Under the pieces are notes generated by a model that ran no database searches, was not told the DNA's origin, and worked only from the letters and a program-made list of their open reading frames with translations. From an uncultured bacterium (GTDB lineage Bacteria > Bacillota_I > Bacilli_A > RFN20 > CAG-826), in NCBI GenBank assembly GCA_949285455.1, contig CASDXP010000005.1, forward strand, positions 2,756 to 66,755: DNA of 64,000 nucleotides, written 5' to 3'. This document shows positions 19,825-29,864 of this stretch, piece by piece; position 1 is the first letter of the stretch; each line of letters starts with the position of its first letter. Made by a program: the position numbers and the translations under genes.

Positions 19825-22224
19825 TTAATTTTTCATCGAATCGATGTAGCCTTTGATATTGGAGGCGTTTTGATAATAGACGTAGCCATCTCCTTCTTTG
19901 CTTGGAACAAGTAAGGTTGGAGCTTGTTTAATATTATAAGATAATGTTTTTTCTTTTTCTTCTTCCGCGTCGATAGTGACGTAAGGAATATGATTCTTAT
20001 CTAACATCATTTTGACGATTTTACAATTTGGACAAGATTTCGTCGTAAAGAGCAGTAATGATTTATTTGTGTTCTTGTCATTAGTGACGACGTAATGCTC
20101 ATTTTCTTGATGACAATCTGTCGCGCGGTTCAATTCGATGTTTGAAATGCTCGCGGGGCTTACGAGGTAAGTCTTACGATCTTTAAATTCTTGTGCCTTG
20201 CCATCGTTCCAATTTTGTACAGGTCGATAATAACCAGTGATACGAGAATAAACTTCAGTCTTTTCGTGGCAGTGTGGACATTCATAGACTTCGCCTTTGA
20301 TGTAACCATGTTCCTTACATACTGAATAAGTAGGAGAAATAGTGTAATAAGGAAGTTTATAATTGTAAGCAATTTTTCTCACTAAGTTTTTCGTCGCTTG
20401 CCAAGAAGGCATCTTTTCGCCTAGGAAAGTATGGAAAACGGTTCCTGAGGTATAAAGTGGTTGAAGTTTATCTTGAATATCTAAAGCTTTAAAAATGTCA
20501 TCAGTGAAGCCGACTGGTAAGTGACTTGAATTCGTATAATATGGAGTCTTATTATCATCTGAAGCAGTGATGATGTCTGGATATAGTTTCTTATCGTGCT
20601 TAGCTAGACGATAGGCAGTCGATTCTGCCGGAGTAGCTTCAAGATTATATAAATCACCATATTGTTCTTGATAATCTTTAAGTTTTTCACGCATAAAATT
20701 AAGGGTTTTTACCGCGAAATCTTGTGCTTCTTCATGCGTTAAGTCACATCTTAACCATCTAGCGTTCAAACACGCTTCATTCATTCCTACCAAACCGATA
20801 GTGGAGAAGTGGTTATTAAAAGTACCGAGGTAACGTTTGGTGTAAGGATATAATCCAGCATTTAATAAACGAGTGATCGTATCTCTTTTAATTTTTAATG
20901 ATCTTGCACTTAAATTCATTAACTTAGTTAAACGATCATAGAAATCATTTTCATCCGTGGCAAGATAAGCAATACGCGGTAAGTTGATTGTGACGACACC
21001 AACTGAACCAGTCGATTCACCGCTTCCAAAGAAGCCGCCTGATTTTCTTCTTAATTCTCTTAAATCGAGTCTAAGACGGCAACACATCGAACGAACATCG
21101 CTTGGTTCCATATCAGAATTAATATAGTTTGAGAAATATGGGGTGCCATATTTCGCAGTCATCTCAAATAATAACTTATTATTTTCCGTATCAGACCAAT
21201 CGAAGTCGCGAGTAATAGAATATGTTGGGATCGGATATTGGAAACCACGACCATTTGCGTCACCTTCAATCATAATTTCGATGAAAGCACGGTTGACCAT
21301 ATCCATTTCTTTTTTACAATCACCATAGGTGAAATCGCATTCTTTACCACCTACGATCGCAGGCATATTTTTCATGTCGTTAGGAACGACCCAATCTAAT
21401 GTAATGTTAGAAAATGGTGCTTGCGTACCCCAACGTGATGGAGTGTTCACGCCGTAGACGAAAGATTGAATGCATTGTTTAACTTCTTTATAAGTTAAAT
21501 TATCTTTTTTAGCAAAAGGAGCAAGATAAGTATCAAAGCTTGAGAAGGCTTGCGCGCCTGCCCATTCATTTTGCATAATACCTAAAAAGTTGACCATTTG
21601 GTTACATAAAGTCGAAAGGTGAGATGCAGGGCTAGAAGTAATTTTACCAGGTACGCCGCCTAAACCTTCTTGAATAAGTTGCTTTAATGACCAACCAGCG
21701 CAGTAACCTGAAAGCATCGACAAGTCGTGGATATGGATGGCCCCGCTACGATGAGCTTGTTCAATTTCAGAATCATAAATTTCTGAAAGCCAATAATTCG
21801 CAGTCATCGCTCCAGAGTTAGAAAGAATAAGACCACCGACGGAATAAGTGACAGTGGAATTTTCTTTGACGCGCCAGTCATTGATTTTTAAATAATCATT
21901 AACCGTTTGAGCGTAATCTAATTCCGTCTTCTTAATTTGTCTTAAAGATTCATGTCTTTTACGATAGATAATATAAGATTTAGCAATATCGATATAGCCA
22001 CCTTGAATTAAAGCAATTTCGACTGCGTCTTGAATATCTTCGACATCGATGATGTCATCTTTAATTTTATTGTTGAACACCGCAGTTGTGTTAAGAGCTA
22101 ATAAACTAATAATATTATCATCATAATATTTGTTCTCTGCTTTAAACGCTCTTTCAATAGCGTTTTTAATCTTATTTAAGTCAAATTCTACAATCGATTC
22201 ATCTCTTTTTCTTACTTTGATCAT
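19825..22224 (-). CDS. nrdD: Anaerobic (class III) ribonucleoside-triphosphate reductase with N-terminal ATP-cone and C-terminal glutaredoxin/NrdH-like CxxC domain
   Basis: 799-aa ORF. ATP-cone (MIKVRKRDESIVEFDLNKI..). Glycine-radical motif RITGYYRP with CPHC zinc ribbon. A ~120-aa extension carries TKSCPNCKIVKMML, a thioredoxin-fold CPxC motif. Confidence 0.9.
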   Translation of the reverse strand: MIKVRKRDESIVEFDLNKIKNAIERAFKAENKYYDDNIISLLALNTTAVFNNKIKDDIIDVEDIQDAVEIALIQGGYIDIAKSYIIYRKRHESLRQIKKTELDYAQTVNDYLKINDWRVKENSTVTYSVGGLILSNSGAMTANYWLSEIYDSEIEQAHRSGAIHIHDLSMLSGYCAGWSLKQLIQEGLGGVPGKITSSPASHLSTLCNQMVNFLGIMQNEWAGAQAFSSFDTYLAPFAKKDNLTYKEVKQCIQSFVYGVNTPSRWGTQAPFSNITLDWVVPNDMKNMPAIVGGKECDFTYGDCKKEMDMVNRAFIEIMIEGDANGRGFQYPIPTYSITRDFDWSDTENNKLLFEMTAKYGTPYFSNYINSDMEPSDVRSMCCRLRLDLRELRRKSGGFFGSGESTGSVGVVTINLPRIAYLATDENDFYDRLTKLMNLSARSLKIKRDTITRLLNAGLYPYTKRYLGTFNNHFSTIGLVGMNEACLNARWLRCDLTHEEAQDFAVKTLNFMREKLKDYQEQYGDLYNLEATPAESTAYRLAKHDKKLYPDIITASDDNKTPYYTNSSHLPVGFTDDIFKALDIQDKLQPLYTSGTVFHTFLGEKMPSWQATKNLVRKIAYNYKLPYYTISPTYSVCKEHGYIKGEVYECPHCHEKTEVYSRITGYYRPVQNWNDGKAQEFKDRKTYLVSPASISNIELNRATDCHQENEHYVVTNDKNTNKSLLLFTTKSCPNCKIVKMMLDKNHIPYVTIDAEEEKEKTLSYNIKQAPTLLVPSKEGDGYVYYQNASNIKGYIDSMKN

Positions 22225-22391
22225 AATGCCTCCTCAGGTGATAAAAAAAGAACGCTTACTTCTATAAAAGAAGTTAACTTTTTGCAAGACATATTTTATA
22301 TAAATATATAGTTATATTAGAAGTGTTTTGCTCAAATTTTTTTGACTTTTACAAAACCATATTATTTAAGTAGAAAATTAGTAGTTTCAAT

Positions 22392-22829
22392 TTATTCTAC
22401 TTCGTAAAATTTTACTTGAATTTGTTTACTTTCTAGCGTGACGATAGCGTAACTTCCTAAACTTCCATCTCTTGGATAATCTAATGAACCAGGATTGATG
22501 AAGTGAATACCATCATGGACACGGTAATCCTTCTTGTGCGTATGGCCAGAAATAACGATCTTAATATTTTTATCGTAAAGATCATTCAATGAATATTGTA
22601 AGATGTGACGCATTATTAAACTACCAAAAGGCGTAGGGTGCACGTACTCTTTTTGCATTTCAAATAAATAATCTCTATTACCTTTGACAGTAATGAAAGG
22701 AAATAGCTCGTCTGGTGAAAGTTCGCTATCACCAGCGTGCAAATATAAATCCATCTTCGGATGTTTTATTAAGAGCTTTTTTAAATTATCAATTTCACCA
22801 TGCGTATCGCTTACTACTAAGATTTTCAT
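22392..22829 (-). CDS. YfcE/MJ0936-family metallophosphoesterase
   Basis: 145-aa ORF. MKILVVSDTHGE..GD..GNRD..GHTH motifs of calcineurin-like phosphoesterases. Confidence 0.7.
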   Translation of the reverse strand: MKILVVSDTHGEIDNLKKLLIKHPKMDLYLHAGDSELSPDELFPFITVKGNRDYLFEMQKEYVHPTPFGSLIMRHILQYSLNDLYDKNIKIVISGHTHKKDYRVHDGIHFINPGSLDYPRDGSLGSYAIVTLESKQIQVKFYEVE

Positions 22830-22938
22830 ACTTATATCTTACATAAATCACACAATTTTTAAAATCAAAGATTTTATTTGACACATAAAATTAAATAATT
22901 AAAAATTTTAAATTATAAATAATTTATATAAAATATTT

Positions 22939-22965
22939 TTAGCACTCTATGTTGACAAGTGCTAA
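22939..22965 (+). promoter_or_regulatory. CIRCE (HrcA operator) inverted repeat TTAGCACTC-N9-AAGTGCTAA overlapping the clpB -35
   Basis: Matches consensus TTAGCACTC-N9-GAGTGCTAA with one mismatch. Lies 43 nt upstream of the clpB start. Confidence 0.75.
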
Positions 22966-22980
22966 ATAGATATTTATAAT
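22952..22980 (+). promoter_or_regulatory. Consensus sigma-A promoter of clpB (TTGACA-17 nt-TATAAT)
   Basis: Perfect -35 TTGACA (22952..22957), 17-nt spacer, perfect -10 TATAAT (22975..22980). AGGAGGTGA SD at 22997..23005. Confidence 0.75.
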
Positions 22981-23007
22981 GATGTCACTGAATAATAGGA
23001 GGTGATA

Positions 23008-25122
23008 ATGATGGAACAACCAATTGATTATTCAAAAGATGAAAAAGTTTTAGAAAAATTTGGACGTAATATTACTGAGCAAGTAAAACTTGGTAAAGTT
23101 GATCCTGTCATCGGTCGAAATGACGAAATAAGAAAAATCATCGAAATTTTAGCAAGAAAGACGAAAAATAATGTCATTCTCATCGGTGAACCTGGTGTCG
23201 GTAAAACTGCTATTTTAGAAGGGCTTGCTGAACGTATCGTCAAAAACGATGTGCCTGATTCATTAAAAGATAAAGAAATATTTGAACTTGATATGGGCGC
23301 GCTTGTCGCAGGGGCAAAATATCGTGGTGAATTCGAAGAGAGACTAAAAGCTGTTTTAAATAAAATTAAAGCAAGCGAAGGAAAGATTATTCTTTTCATC
23401 GATGAAATTCATCTCATCGTCGGTGCAGGTCGTACGGATGGAGCATTAGATGCTTCTAATATGCTTAAACCTATGCTTGCGAGAGGCGAAATTGATTGCA
23501 TTGGTGCGACAACTTTAAATGAATATCGTGAATACATTGAAAAAGATCGTGCTTTGGAAAGAAGATTTCAACCAGTCTTAATTAATGAACCAACTGTAGA
23601 AGATACAATTTCTATTTTACGTGGTTTAAAAGAACGATTCGAATCATATCATGGCGTCACTATTATGGATAACGCTCTCGTGGCGGCGGCGACTTTATCA
23701 AATCGTTACATCACTAATAGATTTTTGCCTGATAAAGCTATCGACTTAGTGGATGAAGCATGCGCCTCTATCAAAGTGGAAATTGAATCGATGCCAACGG
23801 AACTTGATGAAACTTTAAGACGTATTCGTCGTCTTGAAATTGAAAAAGCAGCGTTAAGTAAAGAAAATGATGAATCTTCGAAGAAACGCCTTATTGCTCT
23901 AAGTGAAGAACTTGATAAAGAAAATAAAATTAAACAAGAACTTGAATCACGTTGGGTAAATGAAAAGAAAGACATCGAAGAAGCTAAGAACATTAAAAAA
24001 GACATTGAACAGGCTCGTTTTAACTTAGATAAGTACTTACAAAAAGGTGATTACGTTAAGGCGAGTGAAATTCAATATGAAAAAATTCCTAATTTAGAAA
24101 AAAGATTAAAAGAATTAGAAGCAAAAGACGATAGTCATAAACGCTTACTTTCCGAAGTAGTGGATGAAGAAGAAATTGCTCGTATCGTTTCTAAGATGAC
24201 TAACATCCCAGTTTCTAGAATCGCTAAAGGGGATAAAGAAAAAGTTTTAGACTTGCCTAACATCTTAAAAAGAAGAGTGAAAGGGCAAGATGAAGCTATT
24301 AAGCTTGTAAGCGATGCGATCATTAGACAAAGAGCGGGTATCAAAGATCAAAATAAGCCTATTGGTTCATTCCTTTTCTTAGGACCAACTGGTGTTGGCA
24401 AGACTGAAGTGGCAAGAACATTAGCGGAAGCGCTTTTCGATAGCGAACATCATATCATTCGTATCGATATGAGCGAATATATGGAAAAGTTTAGCGTCTC
24501 GCGTCTTATCGGCGCGCCTCCAGGCTATGTCGGTTATGAAGAAGGTGGCCAATTAACGGAAAAAGTCCGTAGAAATCCATATAGTATCGTTTTATTTGAT
24601 GAAATTGAAAAAGCTCATCCTGAAGTATTTAATCTCTTACTTCAAGTTTTAGATGAAGGAAGACTTACTGATTCGCAAGGAAGAGTTGTCGATTTTAAAA
24701 ATACTGTCATCATCATGACTTCTAACTTAGGAAGTGAATATTTGCTCCACGGTGAACAAGAAAAAGTTGAACAACTATTGCATCGAACATTTAGACCTGA
24801 ATTCTTAAATAGAATAGATGAAATTGTTTACTTCCATCCTTTAAATAAAGAAGTGCAACTTCAAGTCGTAAGTAAGATGCTCGATGACTTAGTGAGAAGA
24901 CTTAATGAAATCTATTATTCGTTTAGTTTTACAGCAGAAGCGAAGAAGAAAATTCTTGACGATGCTTATTCTCCTGAATTTGGAGCAAGGCCTTTAAAAC
25001 GTTACATTCAAAATGAAGTTGAAACGATGTTAGCGAAGAAAATTATGGCTAATGAAGTGGACACTAAACACGCTTACGTCGTCGATGTGAAAGATGATCA
25101 ATTCGTCGTTTTAACAAAATAA
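23008..25122 (+). CDS. clpB: ClpB-type AAA+ disaggregase chaperone lacking the N-terminal domain (Mollicutes-type short ClpB)
   Basis: About 704 aa. Two AAA modules (GEPGVGKT and GPTGVGKT Walker A). Coiled-coil middle domain. Begins at the ..[19 protein letters not shown].. region, i.e. no N-domain. ATG 23008 preferred over GTG 23002. Confidence 0.9.
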   Translation: MMEQPIDYSKDEKVLEKFGRNITEQVKLGKVDPVIGRNDEIRKIIEILARKTKNNVILIGEPGVGKTAILEGLAERIVKNDVPDSLKDKEIFELDMGALVAGAKYRGEFEERLKAVLNKIKASEGKIILFIDEIHLIVGAGRTDGALDASNMLKPMLARGEIDCIGATTLNEYREYIEKDRALERRFQPVLINEPTVEDTISILRGLKERFESYHGVTIMDNALVAAATLSNRYITNRFLPDKAIDLVDEACASIKVEIESMPTELDETLRRIRRLEIEKAALSKENDESSKKRLIALSEELDKENKIKQELESRWVNEKKDIEEAKNIKKDIEQARFNLDKYLQKGDYVKASEIQYEKIPNLEKRLKELEAKDDSHKRLLSEVVDEEEIARIVSKMTNIPVSRIAKGDKEKVLDLPNILKRRVKGQDEAIKLVSDAIIRQRAGIKDQNKPIGSFLFLGPTGVGKTEVARTLAEALFDSEHHIIRIDMSEYMEKFSVSRLIGAPPGYVGYEEGGQLTEKVRRNPYSIVLFDEIEKAHPEVFNLLLQVLDEGRLTDSQGRVVDFKNTVIIMTSNLGSEYLLHGEQEKVEQLLHRTFRPEFLNRIDEIVYFHPLNKEVQLQVVSKMLDDLVRRLNEIYYSFSFTAEAKKKILDDAYSPEFGARPLKRYIQNEVETMLAKKIMANEVDTKHAYVVDVKDDQFVVLTK

Positions 25123-25137
25123 TTTTTCTAAATATTG

Positions 25138-25175
25138 ATAAGATGCTTTCATCTAAGAAGGCATCTTTTTTCATT
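25138..25175 (+). terminator. Rho-independent terminator after clpB
   Basis: AAGATGC...GCATCTT stem followed by TTTTT. Confidence 0.6.
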
Positions 25176-25235
25176 AAAAAATATATTTATTTTCTCCAAT
25201 AAATCCAATATAATTGTATTATCAGGAGCAAAAAG

Positions 25236-25829
25236 ATGATTGTTACAGTTAATATTTTAAAAAATAAATATCAAAATTATCGAAATGTATTAGATAAGAT
25301 TAAAAGAGAAGTAGATAATGGCACTTTAATACGCATTAAAAATGGCTTATATGAAACCGATAGAAATGTTGAACCATATTACCTTGCTTCTTCTATCGTT
25401 TCTCGTTCTTATCTAAGTTTTGAATGGGCTTTATCTATCTATGGTCTTATCCCTGAAAGAGTCTATACATTTACTTCAGCTTCTTATAACCTAAGAAAAA
25501 ATAAAACGTATGTTAATTACTTCGGCTGTTTTGAATTTTATGATGTACCTAAAAATATTTTTTATGAAGGAGTGAATTCTTATCTAGAAAAAGGTTACAT
25601 TTACAAAATTGCTACAAAAGAGAAAGCTATTTGTGATTGTTTGGCTAAGTGGCCAGTTGTCCATTCTATTAAACAACTTAAAATTTTATTGTTCGAAGAT
25701 AAAAGAATTTATGAAAACGAATTTAATAAATGTGATTTTAAAGCAATGTCGAACCTTGCAAGTTTGTATCATAAGACAAATTTAAAACTTTTAGTTGAAT
25801 TAATAAATAAGGAGTATTTATATGCCTAA
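25236..25829 (+). CDS. abiEi: AbiEi-family antitoxin/transcriptional regulator (type IV TA/abortive infection)
   Basis: 197-aa ORF. 8-nt overlap with the downstream nucleotidyltransferase gene. Sequence pattern ..IKNGLYET..YLSFEWALSIYGL.. is shared with the second copy at 57070. Confidence 0.65.
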   Translation: MIVTVNILKNKYQNYRNVLDKIKREVDNGTLIRIKNGLYETDRNVEPYYLASSIVSRSYLSFEWALSIYGLIPERVYTFTSASYNLRKNKTYVNYFGCFEFYDVPKNIFYEGVNSYLEKGYIYKIATKEKAICDCLAKWPVVHSIKQLKILLFEDKRIYENEFNKCDFKAMSNLASLYHKTNLKLLVELINKEYLYA

Positions 25830-26688
25830 CACACTTGAATTAATGCTTGCAAAATACGATTTAAAATCTCAATTAGACAAAGAAAACGCTATTAAGGAAA
25901 TAATGCAAGAAATTGCTTTAGCAGGCTTAGCAAACACTAATTTTTTCACTAAAGCGGCATTTTATGGAGGAACTTGTCTTCGCATTTTCTACGGTTTAGA
26001 TCGATTTAGCGAAGATTTAGATTTTGCACTTTTAAATAAAGATGAAAATTTCGATTTATCAAATTATTTCGAACCATTAAAAAATGAATTTAACATGTAT
26101 GGTATTAATCTAGATATTGAATATATAACGAAGAAAAATAGTGATGTGGAAAGTGCTTTTATTAGTGCGAATACGGCGACTCTTATGCTTCATTTTTATC
26201 ACGATAATAGCGAAGTAAAAAGTATCATCCATAATCAAAAAATTAAAATTAAATTTGAAATAGATATGAATAATCCACCTGGTGGTAAAGTAGAATTTAG
26301 ATATCAAACTCTACCGGAACCTTACGAAATTCAAATATTCGATGAATCTAGTTTATTTGCAGGAAAGATACATGCTATTTTATGTCGTAATTATCTTCAT
26401 CGTGTGAAAGGGCGCGATTATTTTGATTATCTATTTTTTATTTCTAGTGGCACGAAATTTAATCTTAAATATTTAGAAAATAAACTAAAAAATACTGGCG
26501 GGATAATCGATTCAAAAGAAGCGTTAACTTTAGATAAAGTGAAAGAACTTCTTTACGCCAAGTTTAGCCATGTCGATTATCCTTTAATGGTTGAAGATGT
26601 GTCTAAATTTATTCCTAATAAAGAACAATTGAAAACTTATAAAAAAGAATTATTTTTATCTACCTTAAATAAATTGGAATGCACGTAA
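25822..26688 (+). CDS. abiEii: AbiEii-family nucleotidyltransferase toxin (DUF1814)
   Basis: 288-aa ORF. Nucleotidyltransferase motif GGTCLRIFYGLDRFSEDLDF (GS/GG..DxD). Translationally coupled to abiEi. Confidence 0.7.
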   Translation: MPNTLELMLAKYDLKSQLDKENAIKEIMQEIALAGLANTNFFTKAAFYGGTCLRIFYGLDRFSEDLDFALLNKDENFDLSNYFEPLKNEFNMYGINLDIEYITKKNSDVESAFISANTATLMLHFYHDNSEVKSIIHNQKIKIKFEIDMNNPPGGKVEFRYQTLPEPYEIQIFDESSLFAGKIHAILCRNYLHRVKGRDYFDYLFFISSGTKFNLKYLENKLKNTGGIIDSKEALTLDKVKELLYAKFSHVDYPLMVEDVSKFIPNKEQLKTYKKELFLSTLNKLECT

Positions 26689-26741
26689 TTTTTCATTATT
26701 TCTTTATTGTTAAATAAAGTGTGATTATTTATCATAAAAAT

Positions 26742-27836
26742 ATGAAAAGGAAATTACTTCTACTCACAGCATTAATATTGCCGTTAGCAAGTTGCGATTT
26801 CTTTAAGCAATTTTTGCCTGACCCACCTTCACCTCCTAATCCCCCAGTGGAAGGTGATCAATTAAATATAATCGCCCTTGAGATGAAAGGAAGATATGGC
26901 GATAGTCTCATCATTAAATATAACGATTACGACATCTTAGTGGATGCTGGAACGGAAAGCGATGAAGATACAGTACAAGAGGCTTTAGTAAAATATGTGA
27001 CAGATAAAACAATCGATTTATTAATTCTCACTCATCTTCATAGTGACCACATCGGGGCGATGCAAGATGTAAGCTTTTTTAAATCGATTGGAATGAATGT
27101 TAAAACTTTCATCGATCCTGATACTTTACCAACTTCTAAAACGGCAGAAAATTATGTTGATATGCGCGAAGCTTTCGTTAGCGAGGGCAGCGATTACATT
27201 TCGTATTATGATTTAATTAATATTACAGAATATAAAAGAAAGATTTATTTGAGCGAAGAAGATAATATTTATCTAGAGTTCTTTGATACAGGCGCGGTAG
27301 CGAAACCAAAAGAAGAAGTAAGTGATTTAAATTCTTCGAGCATCGCTTGTGTTTTAAATTATTCTAATAGTAAAGTTTTCATGGCTGGTGATTTACCATC
27401 TAGCGAAGAAGAAGCTTTAATAAATAGTATGGATGCTTCGCAAAGAAATTATTTTAAAGAAGAAAATCAAGTGTTATATAAGACGTGTCATCACGGAAGT
27501 ATTACTTCCAATGGCGATGAACTTTTAACATATGTTAAACCAGATACCATTTTTTCTATGTCTGGTATTTTATCAAGCAATCAAGAAAACGCACCTTTAG
27601 AAGACCAACATCCTTACATAGCCGCTATTAACCGTATGGCTAAATATTCTAAAGATATTTATTGGACTTCCATTAACGGAACGACAGTTTTTTCTTCTAA
27701 AGGCGATATATTTACTAAAACATTCGCTGGCCGCACGGTGGATTATTACCTCGATGGTAAGATAGTAAGTAGAGAAGAAGAAAAAGATATTACTTTTTTA
27801 AATAGTGCTTGGTATAAACAATTAAGTCAGACATAA
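26742..27836 (+). CDS. Metallo-beta-lactamase-fold hydrolase lipoprotein (ComEC C-terminal-domain-like)
   Basis: Lipobox LPLASC. HxHxDH motif LTHLHSDHIG. ATG 26742 preferred (MKRKLLLLTALILPLASC). Confidence 0.55.
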   Translation: MKRKLLLLTALILPLASCDFFKQFLPDPPSPPNPPVEGDQLNIIALEMKGRYGDSLIIKYNDYDILVDAGTESDEDTVQEALVKYVTDKTIDLLILTHLHSDHIGAMQDVSFFKSIGMNVKTFIDPDTLPTSKTAENYVDMREAFVSEGSDYISYYDLINITEYKRKIYLSEEDNIYLEFFDTGAVAKPKEEVSDLNSSSIACVLNYSNSKVFMAGDLPSSEEEALINSMDASQRNYFKEENQVLYKTCHHGSITSNGDELLTYVKPDTIFSMSGILSSNQENAPLEDQHPYIAAINRMAKYSKDIYWTSINGTTVFSSKGDIFTKTFAGRTVDYYLDGKIVSREEEKDITFLNSAWYKQLSQT

Positions 27837-28066
27837 ATAAGACTTATAGTCTCAAAGTTGTTTTCATAGCTATTGCTTATTACTTTTTTATTTGCTTAGA
27901 TATATTTTATATCCGCATGTGAGCCTTATATTCGTAAATTAATAATTAAAAATACACATCATTTTTAATAATATTTTCTTTAAATTTGTGAAAAACTCAC
28001 AAAAACAAAAATAATATATGTAAAAATAAGGAATATTTTTCTATAATATATTAGGAGGTAAAAAAT

Positions 28067-29248
28067 ATGTTATTACAATTTTCAACGGTGAATTTTAAAT
28101 CATTTAAAAACGAAGTAACTTTAAATTTGGTAGCTAACAATTTTAAAGAACACGAAGAACGCATTATTTATTTTAATAATGAAAGAGTGCTGCCTCTCGT
28201 CGGTGTTTTTGGTGCGAATGCTTCAGGTAAAAGCAATTTATTAGAAGCTTTTTTCTTCGCTGTCAATTTGATAAGAAATTCTTTATCTTCTCAAACATCA
28301 GAAGAACTTTTTAATATAAAGCCTTTCATGTTTGATGATTCTAAAGATAATTCGCCTTCATCCTTCGATTTTATTTTTGTTAAAGATGGGGTGAAATATG
28401 AATATGGTTTTGCTATTGATAAGAAGTGTGTTATTGAAGAATATTTATATGTATATAAAAGCCAAAAACCATCTTTAGTTTTTGAAAGAAAAAATGTCAA
28501 TGAATATCATTTTAGAGATTATGCTCGTCACGAATTATCGCCGATTGTGTCAAGAACTCTGCCTAATAAATTGTTTTTATCGGTCGCCGCAAATTTCAAC
28601 GCCAAACTTGTCAAAGCTTGTTTTGATTGGTTTAAGAACGATATCAATTTCTATTTTGAACAAGCGATTGAGGAAAAGGCAATTCTAGATGCTATTAAAG
28701 ATGAAAAGATGAATAAATTTATCGCTGATTTTTTAAATCACGCTGATATCAATATATCAAATATTAAATGGCAAATTGCTAAAATAAATAATCAACAAAA
28801 GATTAATTTTAAGACCATGCATCTCATCAGAGCTAATGGGGAATTAAAAGAGTTTTCCTTAGATATAAAAGATGAATCACACGGCACACAAAAATTGCTT
28901 TCATACGCGCCTTTGTTTTATAAAGCGCTAAACTTTGGCGGAGTGGTCGTCATCGATGAGATAGATAATGCTATCCACGTTGAGCTCATGAAATACATCA
29001 TCTCGTTATTTAACGACCCGTTAATAAACAAAACCTCTGCCCAACTTATTTTCAACGCTCAAAATGCCCTCTTGTTAGATTTAGATATTATGCGTCGTGA
29101 TCAAATTTGTTTTGTCGAAAAAAACTTCCTTACTGGTGTTTCTTCTCTTTATTCGCTCGATGAATTTAAGGTGCGCCTGGATGATAAAGTACTAAAAAAA
29201 TATCTAGAAGGAAGATATGGAGCATTACCGAACATCATTTATGAATGA
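28067..29248 (+). CDS. AAA_15/AAA_21-type ATPase (AbiLi/RloA-like abortive-infection ATPase)
   Basis: 393-aa ORF. Walker A GANASGKSNLLEA. Walker B VVIDEIDNAIH. ABC/SMC-like architecture. Stop overlaps the downstream start (ATGAATGA). Confidence 0.6.
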   Translation: MLLQFSTVNFKSFKNEVTLNLVANNFKEHEERIIYFNNERVLPLVGVFGANASGKSNLLEAFFFAVNLIRNSLSSQTSEELFNIKPFMFDDSKDNSPSSFDFIFVKDGVKYEYGFAIDKKCVIEEYLYVYKSQKPSLVFERKNVNEYHFRDYARHELSPIVSRTLPNKLFLSVAANFNAKLVKACFDWFKNDINFYFEQAIEEKAILDAIKDEKMNKFIADFLNHADINISNIKWQIAKINNQQKINFKTMHLIRANGELKEFSLDIKDESHGTQKLLSYAPLFYKALNFGGVVVIDEIDNAIHVELMKYIISLFNDPLINKTSAQLIFNAQNALLLDLDIMRRDQICFVEKNFLTGVSSLYSLDEFKVRLDDKVLKKYLEGRYGALPNIIYE

Positions 29249-29864
29249 AATTATAGTTGGACAAAAGAGGCGAAAATTAAATTCTCGTCTCGATAAAAAA
29301 CTTATCCTCCTAGGTGTAGAAGGAAAAAATAGCACCGAAGCGTCCTATTTTCTTAATTTTAATCGCCTGCAAAATACTTATCGTATCAAAATCGCTAAGG
29401 GGCGAGATACGCATCTATTAAGTATAATAGATGAATTAAATTTGTGCCGTAAAGACACCGATTTTAAAAAAGGAGATTTAATGTATTGTATTTTCGACTT
29501 AGATAATGATCCATATAAAATAAAAGTAGCGGATGAGTTGATAAAAAAATATCGTAAGCAAGACATTATTTTTCTTTATTCTAATCCTTGTTTTGAATTA
29601 TTTTTTCTTTGGCATTTTATTTATTCGACGAAGCCTTATTCAAATAGTCGTAAAGTTATTACTGATTTAAAAAAACACATGCCATATTACGAAAAGAACA
29701 TTAATTGTTTTCACTCATTATTTTCTAAAATTGAAATAGGGATTAGAAACAGTGAAAACATAATGTTTTATCATAGTAGGCATAAACAGTTTGGTATTTA
29801 TTTAAATCCAGTAACTAAAGTTCATGTATTAGTAAAATTATTATTTTCTTTTATACAACGTTAA
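29241..29864 (+). CDS. RloB-like (TOPRIM-like) protein, AbiLii-like partner of the upstream ATPase
   Basis: N-terminal LILLGVEGKNSTEASYF matches the RloB signature (..CEGxKTExxYF). ATG 29241 overlaps the ATPase stop. The ORF track start at 29217 is also possible. Confidence 0.55.
   Translation: MNEIIVGQKRRKLNSRLDKKLILLGVEGKNSTEASYFLNFNRLQNTYRIKIAKGRDTHLLSIIDELNLCRKDTDFKKGDLMYCIFDLDNDPYKIKVADELIKKYRKQDIIFLYSNPCFELFFLWHFIYSTKPYSNSRKVITDLKKHMPYYEKNINCFHSLFSKIEIGIRNSENIMFYHSRHKQFGIYLNPVTKVHVLVKLLFSFIQR

Noticed and set aside
22225-22391. NrdR box or other operator in the nrdD leader (short inverted repeat ACTTCTataaaAGAAGT at about 22258..22274).
   Set aside because: There is no match to the NrdR 16-bp palindrome (ACACwAtATaTwGTGT). 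The 6-bp inverted repeat is too short and AT-rich to call. No nrdR gene is visible in the window.
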